From Idiomarina loihiensis L2TR (lineage in GTDB: Bacteria; Pseudomonadota; Gammaproteobacteria; Enterobacterales; Alteromonadaceae): 32,000 nucleotides of DNA. Below, piece after piece: positions 17,927 through 25,267 of this stretch. The stretch lies in NCBI RefSeq assembly GCF_000008465.1, contig NC_006512.1, forward strand, positions 2,760,001-2,792,000. The letters run 5' to 3'. Under the pieces are notes generated by a model. It did no database searches. It saw only the letters and a program-made list of their open reading frames with translations, and was not told the DNA's origin. Positions within the stretch are counted from its first letter, which is position 1, and each line of letters opens with the position of its first letter. The position numbers and the translations under genes are program-made.

Positions 17927-18307
17927 ATGCAAAAGACAATTATCGCATTAGCAACAGTATTCGCACTGGGTAGCACAGCAGCAATGGCTCAAGAGCAACA
18001 AGCTCAAGATCCAATGGCGCAGCAACAGCAGCAAACTCAGGAAATTTCTGAAGGCATGCTGGTTAAGTTTGTAACCGCTATGGAAGATGTTCAGGGCGTT
18101 ACTGAAAAATACCGTGACCAGTTCCAGGAAGCTGAAAATCAGGAAGAAGCTCGTGAAATTCAACAGTCTGCACAGGAAGAAATGATTGCAGCAGTTGAAG
18201 ACGCAGGTCTAACTCCACAAGAATACAACATGATTATTCAGCAAGCGCAAAACGACGAAGAGCTTCGTGGCCGCTTAGAAGAGCTGACGGGTGACGAAAA
18301 CTCTTAA
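17927..18307 (+). CDS. Small secreted Q/E-rich helical protein, DUF4168-like
   Basis: 126 aa with signal peptide MQKTIIALATVFALGSTAAMA/QE. The mature part is highly Gln/Glu rich, with I.EGML.KF..A...VQ....Y and GLTPQEYN.I..QAQ.D.ELR blocks that I recognise as the DUF4168 pattern. AGGAGA SD; strong terminator downstream. Confidence 0.7.
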   Translation: MQKTIIALATVFALGSTAAMAQEQQAQDPMAQQQQQTQEISEGMLVKFVTAMEDVQGVTEKYRDQFQEAENQEEAREIQQSAQEEMIAAVEDAGLTPQEYNMIIQQAQNDEELRGRLEELTGDENS

Positions 18308-18332
18308 TCGATTTACTCGATTGTAGGTTAAG

Positions 18333-18358
18333 AAGGCAGCCTTTTGGCTGCCTTTTTT
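18333..18358 (+). terminator. Rho-independent terminator
   Basis: AAGGCAGCC-TTTT-GGCTGCCTT followed by TTTTTT, 26 nt after the stop of the DUF4168 gene. Confidence 0.9.
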
Positions 18359-18426
18359 GATCATCTCTCCTATGCTTTACGTAGGCCTAACTAGAAGAAT
18401 ATTCTTTAACGCAAGGAGAAAGCGAA

Positions 18427-20085
18427 GTGAAAGCATCCGATTTATTCGTAAAAGCACTTGAAAACGAGGGTGTGAAGTACATTTTCGGCATTCCCGGCGA
18501 AGAAAACCTGGACTTACTTGAGTCGCTCTCAAAATCCAGCATTGAGCTAATTTTAACCCGCCACGAACAGGGCGCAGGTTTCATGGCCGCCACTTATGGT
18601 CGCCTGACCGGCAAACCCGGGGTGTGCCTTTCCACCTTAGGCCCGGGGGCAACCAACTTGGTTACACCGGTGGCCTACGCGCAACTCGGCGCTATGCCTA
18701 TGGTTGTCATTACTGGACAAAAACCCATAAAGGAACGTCATCAGGGTCAATTCCAGATCATTGATGTGGTCGACATGATGACTCCCATTACCAAATACAC
18801 TCAGGCGATTATTAGCGCCAGCAGTATTCCGGCGCACATCCGTGAGGCTTTTCGTCGCGCTGAAGATGAACGCCCCGGCGCTTCTCACCTGGAGCTCTCA
18901 GATGATATCAGTCGCGAAGAGGTCAGCAGCCTTCCGATAGAAGCCAGTCATTCGCGCCGCCCCATTACCGAGCATAAATCGGTCCGCCACGTGCTGGAAC
19001 TACTGCGCGAAGCAAAACACCCGGTACTGTTGATAGGGGCTGCGGCCAATCGGAAAATTACAGCAAAAATGCTGCGCGCATTTGTCGATAAAACCGGTAT
19101 TCCTTTTATTACCACGCAAATGGGTAAGGGTGTTATTAACGAAGACCACCCACGCTGGCTTGGTAATGCGGCGGTTTCCGACGGCGATTACCCGCACCGC
19201 GCCATCGAAAAATCTGACCTGATTCTTAATGTCGGTCACGACGTGGTGGAAAAGCCGCCCTTTATGATGAAAACCGGCGACAACGACAACCGTAAAGTGG
19301 TGCACATTAACTTTCAGGGTGCCCAGGTTGATTCGGTTTACTTTCCTCATGCCAGCATGATCGGCGATATTGGTAACAGTATCTGGCAGTTAAAAGAAGG
19401 GATTGAGCCGCAAAGTCACTGGGATTTCAACTTTATGCTGAAAGTTCGCGATCACATGCGCGACCATACCGATGAAGGCGCTCATGACGGCAGCTTTCCG
19501 GTGTTACCCCAGCGTCTGGTAGAAGATGTGCGTGAAGCTATGCCAGATGACGGTGTCATTGCACTGGATAACGGCATCTACAAAATTTGGTTTGCACGTA
19601 ATTACCCGGCTCGTCAGCCAAATACGGTACTACTGGATAATGCCCTTGCCTCAATGGGTGCAGGCTTACCATCGGCCATGGCCGCGAAGCTGGTTAATCC
19701 GGAAAAGAAAGTCATGGCAATATGCGGTGACGGCGGTTTTATGATGAACTCTCAGGAGCTTGAAACTGCTGTGCGCATGGGGCTGGATATCGTTGTCGTT
19801 ATCTTAAATGACAGCGGCTATGGCATGATCAAGTGGAAACAGCAGCATATGAAACTGAGCGACTACGGCTTAGATTTCAATAACCCGGATTTTGTGAAAT
19901 ATGCAGAGTCTTACGGCGCTAACGGTTACCGTTTAGATAAAACCGAAAACTTGATACCGCTGTTAAAAGACTGCCTGAACAAACCCGGCGTACACCTTAT
20001 TGATGTACCCGTGAACTATTCACAAAATGACCGACTGCTGAACGAGGAAATCCCCGAACGCAGCCGCGCCATTAAAGATATTTAA
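18427..20085 (+). CDS. Thiamine-diphosphate enzyme, acetolactate synthase (AlsS-like, catabolic type)
   Basis: 552 aa. N-terminal GIPGEENLDL, and the TPP-binding motif GDGGFMMNSQELETAVRMGLDIVVVILNDSGYG. GTG start with AGGAGA 7 nt upstream. No small regulatory subunit gene is adjacent. Confidence 0.85.
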   Translation: MKASDLFVKALENEGVKYIFGIPGEENLDLLESLSKSSIELILTRHEQGAGFMAATYGRLTGKPGVCLSTLGPGATNLVTPVAYAQLGAMPMVVITGQKPIKERHQGQFQIIDVVDMMTPITKYTQAIISASSIPAHIREAFRRAEDERPGASHLELSDDISREEVSSLPIEASHSRRPITEHKSVRHVLELLREAKHPVLLIGAAANRKITAKMLRAFVDKTGIPFITTQMGKGVINEDHPRWLGNAAVSDGDYPHRAIEKSDLILNVGHDVVEKPPFMMKTGDNDNRKVVHINFQGAQVDSVYFPHASMIGDIGNSIWQLKEGIEPQSHWDFNFMLKVRDHMRDHTDEGAHDGSFPVLPQRLVEDVREAMPDDGVIALDNGIYKIWFARNYPARQPNTVLLDNALASMGAGLPSAMAAKLVNPEKKVMAICGDGGFMMNSQELETAVRMGLDIVVVILNDSGYGMIKWKQQHMKLSDYGLDFNNPDFVKYAESYGANGYRLDKTENLIPLLKDCLNKPGVHLIDVPVNYSQNDRLLNEEIPERSRAIKDI

Positions 20086-20654
20086 GAACGGTTCGGATCA
20101 GTATCCGCGAAATAAGGGTAGTCGTTTAACTTATCGACAAAGGCCTGAAGTCGCGGATACTTATCTAAGTTAAAACGCTCACGGAAAAGCCCCCAGCTAA
20201 GGAAACAACCTAAACGTAGCTCTCCGTCACTAAAGGGATGAGGCCCTTCATAAGCCACCGCATGCTCTTTATCTTCCATCAGTTGCAGTATGTCATTAAT
20301 ACGCTGCTGTTGGCGTTTAACATACTTAACACTGTCAGCTGTTACGCCTTCTCTCTCCAGCAAAAACACGTTAATTGCCGAGTCCATCGCCGTATTGACC
20401 AGACAGTACTGATCAAAATCTTTTACATCGGCAAAGAAGCGCTCATCCGCCTTGTCCCGCACGTATTTGAGAATGCTGGTCGAGTCGTGCAGGCGCAAAT
20501 CATTGTGGTGAAGAAAGGGAACCTTTTTCGCCGGACTTAATTTGGCACTGGTTTCAAAATCCGTTTCGGTAAATGAAAACTTTGTCTTGGTTTCAAGTAA
20601 AGCAATACGGCAATGTCTTACGAACGGCGAGGTATAACTTCCGAACAATTCCAT
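20082..20654 (-). CDS. Glutathione S-transferase family protein
   Basis: 190 aa with an N-terminal thioredoxin-like GST pattern (LFGSYTSPFVRHCRIALLE..VPFL..D..L.DS..I..Y) and a helical C-terminal domain. AGGAGA SD overlaps the end of the upstream CDF gene, with a 12-nt gap between the two. Confidence 0.65.
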   Translation of the reverse strand: MELFGSYTSPFVRHCRIALLETKTKFSFTETDFETSAKLSPAKKVPFLHHNDLRLHDSTSILKYVRDKADERFFADVKDFDQYCLVNTAMDSAINVFLLEREGVTADSVKYVKRQQQRINDILQLMEDKEHAVAYEGPHPFSDGELRLGCFLSWGLFRERFNLDKYPRLQAFVDKLNDYPYFADTDPNRS

Positions 20655-20666
20655 GATCTTCTCCTG

Positions 20667-21545
20667 TTAATGGTCTCGACAAGCTTCGTCAGGGTATTCC
20701 AGTTCAATGGTGGTATGAGCTAATTCAAACGCTGCCAGCTGCTGTGATATTTGCTGCTTTAACTGTGCGCGCTCTGAACATTCCAGTTCTTTTGATACCA
20801 CAATATGCGCGGTTAATACATGACGCTCGCCATCCAACGACCAAAAATGCAAATGATGGGCGTCATCAACCAGTTCCAGCGAGGTCAATTGCTCACGTAT
20901 TTTCCGGTACACTTCGAGGTCTGGTGAGGCCTGAACAAAGAGCTTAACGGTAGAACCCAAGTGACGAAGAACGTTAACCAGAATGAACAAAGTGAAGCCA
21001 ATGGAAAGCAGAGGGTCAAGAATAGGCCAGTCGACAAAGATTAAGATAATCGACACGATTAAAACAGCAACCCAGCCCAGAACGTCCTCTAGTAAGTGCC
21101 AGTTAAGTACGCGTTCGTTTAACGATTTACCATGAGACAATTTAAACGCCGCATAACCATTCACAATAACGCCAAATACCGCCAGTAACGCCATACCCTC
21201 CGCCATCGGCATTACCGGGTTCCATAAACGGGGAATGGCTTCAAATAAAATCCAGATTGAGCCTGCAGTCAGTACAACCGCGTTAATAAAAGCGCCAACC
21301 AGAGATAAGCGTTGATAGCCATAGGTAAAGGTCTGCGTGGCATCTTTACGACTGAATTTATCCAGCAACCAGGCCATACCAATAGAAATGCTGTCGCCGA
21401 GATCGTGCACCGCGTCAGCTAAAATGGCCGTACTATTGGTTAATATCCCACCGATAAATTCAATAACGGTAAAGCACAGATTAAGGAAAAACGCCCAACC
21501 AATTCGCTCCGATGAGCTCTCGTGGTGATGATGGTGATGGTGCAT
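20667..21545 (-). CDS. Cation diffusion facilitator (CzcD/ZitB-type) metal efflux transporter with an N-terminal His7 tract
   Basis: Six TM helices with the CDF metal-site motifs HDLGD (TM2) and HLLED (TM5), plus a C-terminal cytoplasmic domain. I place the start at MHHHHHHHESS (ATG complement 21543-21545) with AAGGAG 5 nt upstream. The track ORF starts 27 nt earlier. Confidence 0.9.
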   Translation of the reverse strand: MHHHHHHHESSSERIGWAFFLNLCFTVIEFIGGILTNSTAILADAVHDLGDSISIGMAWLLDKFSRKDATQTFTYGYQRLSLVGAFINAVVLTAGSIWILFEAIPRLWNPVMPMAEGMALLAVFGVIVNGYAAFKLSHGKSLNERVLNWHLLEDVLGWVAVLIVSIILIFVDWPILDPLLSIGFTLFILVNVLRHLGSTVKLFVQASPDLEVYRKIREQLTSLELVDDAHHLHFWSLDGERHVLTAHIVVSKELECSERAQLKQQISQQLAAFELAHTTIELEYPDEACRDH

Positions 21546-21621
21546 AAAGCTCCTTATTACCAATGTTAGCACCCATTCATCTTAATACTAAGCGAGTCAG
21601 AATTCGACATCAGAGATTTAT

Positions 21622-21636
21622 TGTTATAATATAACA
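21622..21636. promoter_or_regulatory. Zur box TGTTATAATATAACA overlapping the -10 hexamer of the TonB-receptor promoter
   Basis: 15-bp palindrome (symmetric apart from the central base) identical to the core of the gammaproteobacterial Zur operator (..ATGTTATAATATAACAT..). It contains TATAAT (21625-21630), with a possible -35 TTCGAC at 21603-21608 (16-nt spacer). It lies 38 nt upstream of the receptor ATG and 77 nt upstream of the CDF ATG. Confidence 0.8.
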
Positions 21637-21673
21637 TTACACTTAAACACAATAACTGAGTTGTCTTGGACCC

Positions 21674-23755
21674 ATGAAATACCAAACAGTTACCTTAAGT
21701 TTACTCTCTATCATAAGTATGGGCTCGTTTGCGCAAGAACAGGAGTCTTTCGAACACATTGAAGTCAATTATCGTCAGGCTTACCGCGGAGATGTTCCTG
21801 TTTCAGAAATTCCTCAGGCAATTACTACGCTGGACCGCAGCCTGGTGGATGATATTAATATTTCCCGTTTTCGCGATATTTTGCTGTTTTCTCCGTCAAT
21901 TGCTTTGCAAAACGACGGCGGTAACTTATGGGACAGCTACTCCATGCGCGGGTTTCCGGGCAACGAAAATGTACCTACTGGTTATTTAGTTAATGGTTTC
22001 TCCAGTGGTCGCGGATTCGGCGGGCATCGGGACGTTTCCAATATTGAGTACGTAGAAGTTCTGAAAGGCCCGGGCTCTGCACTGTATGGCCGCTCGGACC
22101 CGGGAGGGGTAATTAATGTAGTTACTCGTAAACCACAATACGCGCCGGAAGGATACTTAAAGACTTCCCTTGGCAGCGATGACCGCTATCGTCTTGAAGG
22201 AGACTACACCAGCGGCCTTAGCGATAGCCTCGCCATGCGGATAAACGGTGCAATACAGGACGACGACAGTTTCCGCGATCATGTCAGCAGCAAGAAAAAG
22301 GTTATTAACCCGTCGCTGCGCTGGCAACTGGATAAAGACACCTCCATACTTTATTCGTTTGAGTTCATGCAGCAGGAGCAGTTGTTTGACCGCGGCATTG
22401 TCGTTTTAGATAACAACATTAAAACTGTTCCACGAGAACGCTTTCTGGGCGAACCAAGTGATGACCCTACTAAAATCAATTCACAAGGCCACCAGTTAAC
22501 CTTTGAGCACTATCTGCAAAACGACTGGTTTTTAACCGGTGGTATTAATGCCAGAAGCACAAAGTTGGACGGCTACTCGTCAGATGCCGAGCTATCCGGC
22601 TCGCGCCAGAAACTATTTGAAGACGGCCGCACTCTGACACGTCAGCATCGCCGTCGTGACTATGACTCCGATGATTTATCAGTAAGGTTGGAATTAAGCG
22701 GTAACACAGAGCTGTTCGGTATGACCCATCACTTATTGATGGGAGCCGACGCATACCGTTATGACTTATACACCTTATTGGCTCGCGCCCGTCCGGAGCC
22801 AGGCACTTACGAGCTGGATATTTTTAACCCTCAGTATGGCGCAGCTAAACCAGAACTCCAGACTCAATACATTAACGATGAGAATCAAAAGGGCTTCGGT
22901 TTGTACGTGCAGGATCAACTTGAGCTTAATGACCAGTGGCATCTACTGCTGGGTTTAAGGCTGGATCAGTACACACAGGAAACCTTAGAGCTGGTTTCAG
23001 GTACGGAATCTGAACAGGATGACAGCCGGGTTAGCCCACGCGTTGCACTGAGCTACTTGCCAACGGATAACTTAACCCTGTATGCCAGTTATTCAGAAGG
23101 CTTTGTTCCTATTAGCGGCACCGACTTCGAAGGTCAGGGTTTTGACCCGGAAGAGAGCGACTCAGTAGAGCTGGGCATGAAATATTCCGCTCATGGCTTT
23201 CGGTTAAATGCGGCTGTTTTCGATGCCACCAAAACCAACATTCTTACGGATGACCCGGCTCACCCAGGCTATCCAGCCACGCTGGGCGCAGCAACCAGTA
23301 GAGGGTTTGAAATAGAAGGGGGCATGTCGCTAGGCAGTTACACCGATTTACAGGTTGCCTACAGCTACATAGACAGTGAAACAAAAAATGATATTACCGT
23401 TTACGACTGGGGCGTCAATGTCCCTGCCGGTAGTGACCTGGTAAATATTCCTCAGAATACCTTTAACGCCATGGTTAAACACGACCTCAGACACTGGCAA
23501 ATTAATGCTGATATAGGGCTTACTGCTCGCTATGTGGATGACCGTTTAGGCGCTACGGTCGATCAGTCGTATCGTCTGCCCAGTTATCAGGTGTTTGATC
23601 TGTTCTATACACACCGGTTAACCGACAACACTGAATTACAGATAAACGTTGATAACCTTTTTGACGAGTATTACATGTCGAACGCCTACTCTGCGCTTTG
23701 GACAACACCAGGAGCCCCAAGACAGTTTTCAGTGAGCCTGACTTATGAATTCTAA
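21674..23755 (+). CDS. TonB-dependent outer-membrane receptor (Zur-box controlled; ZnuD-like role inferred)
   Basis: 693 aa with a signal peptide (..SMGSFA/QE), plug domain (VEVLKGPGSALYGRSDPGGVINVVT) and a barrel ending ..SLTYEF. Confidence 0.9.
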   Translation: MKYQTVTLSLLSIISMGSFAQEQESFEHIEVNYRQAYRGDVPVSEIPQAITTLDRSLVDDINISRFRDILLFSPSIALQNDGGNLWDSYSMRGFPGNENVPTGYLVNGFSSGRGFGGHRDVSNIEYVEVLKGPGSALYGRSDPGGVINVVTRKPQYAPEGYLKTSLGSDDRYRLEGDYTSGLSDSLAMRINGAIQDDDSFRDHVSSKKKVINPSLRWQLDKDTSILYSFEFMQQEQLFDRGIVVLDNNIKTVPRERFLGEPSDDPTKINSQGHQLTFEHYLQNDWFLTGGINARSTKLDGYSSDAELSGSRQKLFEDGRTLTRQHRRRDYDSDDLSVRLELSGNTELFGMTHHLLMGADAYRYDLYTLLARARPEPGTYELDIFNPQYGAAKPELQTQYINDENQKGFGLYVQDQLELNDQWHLLLGLRLDQYTQETLELVSGTESEQDDSRVSPRVALSYLPTDNLTLYASYSEGFVPISGTDFEGQGFDPEESDSVELGMKYSAHGFRLNAAVFDATKTNILTDDPAHPGYPATLGAATSRGFEIEGGMSLGSYTDLQVAYSYIDSETKNDITVYDWGVNVPAGSDLVNIPQNTFNAMVKHDLRHWQINADIGLTARYVDDRLGATVDQSYRLPSYQVFDLFYTHRLTDNTELQINVDNLFDEYYMSNAYSALWTTPGAPRQFSVSLTYEF

Positions 23756-24890
23756 AACTATCACGCAAAGAATTAACAGTATTGATGCGTTGCGTGGGCT
23801 GGTCATTATATTGATGTTGCTGGACCACGTACGGGAGAGGTTCTTTTATAATCACCCGGTTGCAGACCCTATGATACTGGAAACTACGGAGCCGGGCTTA
23901 TTCTGGAGCCGTTTTGCCGCACATTTTTGTGCGCCCATATTTGTGTTTCTAACCGGCCTTTCAGCCTGGTTGTATCAGCAAAAGCATGACGGTTCGCCCA
24001 GCGTCGCCCGTGAGTTTTTATGGAAGCGCGGACTGTTCCTGGTGATATTGGAACTTACGGTCATCAACTTTTCATGGTTTGGCGCCTACGAAACACTGTA
24101 CCTGCAAGTAATATGGGTTATTGGTCTGTGCATGCTCATTCTGGGTGCCTGCGTTAATTTACCGTACCGGCTTCTGTTTGTGTTGGGTCTGCTTATTGTT
24201 GCCGGGCATAACGCGCTGGACTTTATCCACCTTAAACCGGGTGAGTGGGGCTATACAGCCTGGACCATTCTTCATGACCGCGGCTATATTTTACAGTCCG
24301 ACGCATTATCAATACGAGCCAGCTACCCGTTACTGCCGTGGATAGGCGTTATTTTGCTGGGTTATGCGGCCGGACCTTTGTATTCCAAATCCTTCTCATC
24401 TGAGCGCAGAGCCTATTGGTTATTAGGGCTAACGACGTTTTGCCTCGCCGGCTTTCTGTTGCTGCGTGGTTTTAATATCTACGGCGAGACACAGGCCTGG
24501 TCTCAGCAAGAGAGTTTAGCCGCCACCGCGCGGGCTATATTCAATGTGACCAAGTACCCGCCATCGCTGAATTTTCTGCAAATAACCTTTGCCGGCATGT
24601 TTGCCATGCTTTACCTAATGGAGCGCTTACAAGGAAAGTGGACGGAAGTTCTGACCGCTTTCGGTGGCGCACCCATGTTTTTCTACATAGTCCATCTTTA
24701 CGTTTTATTGCTGCTTTATACTCTGGCTACCGCAGTTTTAGGGGCGCCGGAGGAAGGCTTTATGAGTCTGCCCAACATTTATTGGGTGTGGTTAACCACC
24801 ATTGTACTGGCCGCCTTACTGTATAAGCCAACGCAAGTGTTTAACCGATACAAACGTCGCAGCAATAAAGCCTGGGTGAAATATTTATGA
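23745..24890 (+). CDS. DUF1624 (HGSNAT-like transmembrane acyltransferase fold) membrane protein
   Basis: 381 aa, polytopic. N-terminal R.NSIDALRGLVIILMLLDHVRE and C-terminal FGGAPMFFYIVH blocks are characteristic of DUF1624 / heparan-alpha-glucosaminide N-acetyltransferase-like proteins. Its ATG lies 11 nt inside the receptor gene. Confidence 0.75.
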   Translation: MNSKTITQRINSIDALRGLVIILMLLDHVRERFFYNHPVADPMILETTEPGLFWSRFAAHFCAPIFVFLTGLSAWLYQQKHDGSPSVAREFLWKRGLFLVILELTVINFSWFGAYETLYLQVIWVIGLCMLILGACVNLPYRLLFVLGLLIVAGHNALDFIHLKPGEWGYTAWTILHDRGYILQSDALSIRASYPLLPWIGVILLGYAAGPLYSKSFSSERRAYWLLGLTTFCLAGFLLLRGFNIYGETQAWSQQESLAATARAIFNVTKYPPSLNFLQITFAGMFAMLYLMERLQGKWTEVLTAFGGAPMFFYIVHLYVLLLLYTLATAVLGAPEEGFMSLPNIYWVWLTTIVLAALLYKPTQVFNRYKRRSNKAWVKYL

Positions 24891-24907
24891 TGGTTAAGGA
24901 GAAAGGC

Positions 24908-25267
24908 ATGAGTGACAGACTCGGTATATTTTTCTCTGGCCTGTGTTTTGTTCATTGTCTGGCAACGCCAATACTGCTTATTTTTCTGGGGACAAACTCG
25001 TTAGCGAGTGTTCTGGAAACGCCTTTGTTCCACCGGCTATTATTGCTGCCGGTGTTAACCATGGCGATATTTCAGGGGTATTATGCCTGGAAAAACCCGC
25101 AGGCGAAGCTCAGTCGGGTACTACTGCCGCTTGGTTGTTTAGCGGTCGTTATCGCCCAGTTTTTTCATGGCCCAATTGAAATCTTACTCACTATTATTGG
25201 CTCGCTTACCTTAATTAGTGGTCACTTTTTTCATTTAAAGCACGAGCACTGCGCAGATCAGAACTGA
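24908..25267 (+). CDS. MerC-like small membrane protein (4 TM) with Cys/His motifs
   Basis: About 119 aa from the ATG at 24908 (AAGGAGAAAGGC upstream; the track ORF starts at 24887). DR.G...SGLCFVHCLATP in the first TM helix resembles MerC-domain proteins. The C-terminal tail HFFHLKHEHC is rich in metal ligands. Confidence 0.6.
   Translation: MSDRLGIFFSGLCFVHCLATPILLIFLGTNSLASVLETPLFHRLLLLPVLTMAIFQGYYAWKNPQAKLSRVLLPLGCLAVVIAQFFHGPIEILLTIIGSLTLISGHFFHLKHEHCADQN

Noticed and set aside
18040-18240. Whether the DUF4168-like protein is simply a CpxP/Spy/ZraP (LTXXQ) family member
   Set aside because: The nearest string is LTPQE, which does not fit LTXXQ, and the overall pattern matches my memory of DUF4168 instead. 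I keep it as an analogue of ZraP, not a homologue, pending an HMM check.
21546-21572. 9-codon extension of the CDF ORF (MLTLVIRSF)
   Set aside because: The ATG at 21545 has AAGGAG at the correct spacing. The extension would place the start inside its own SD region.
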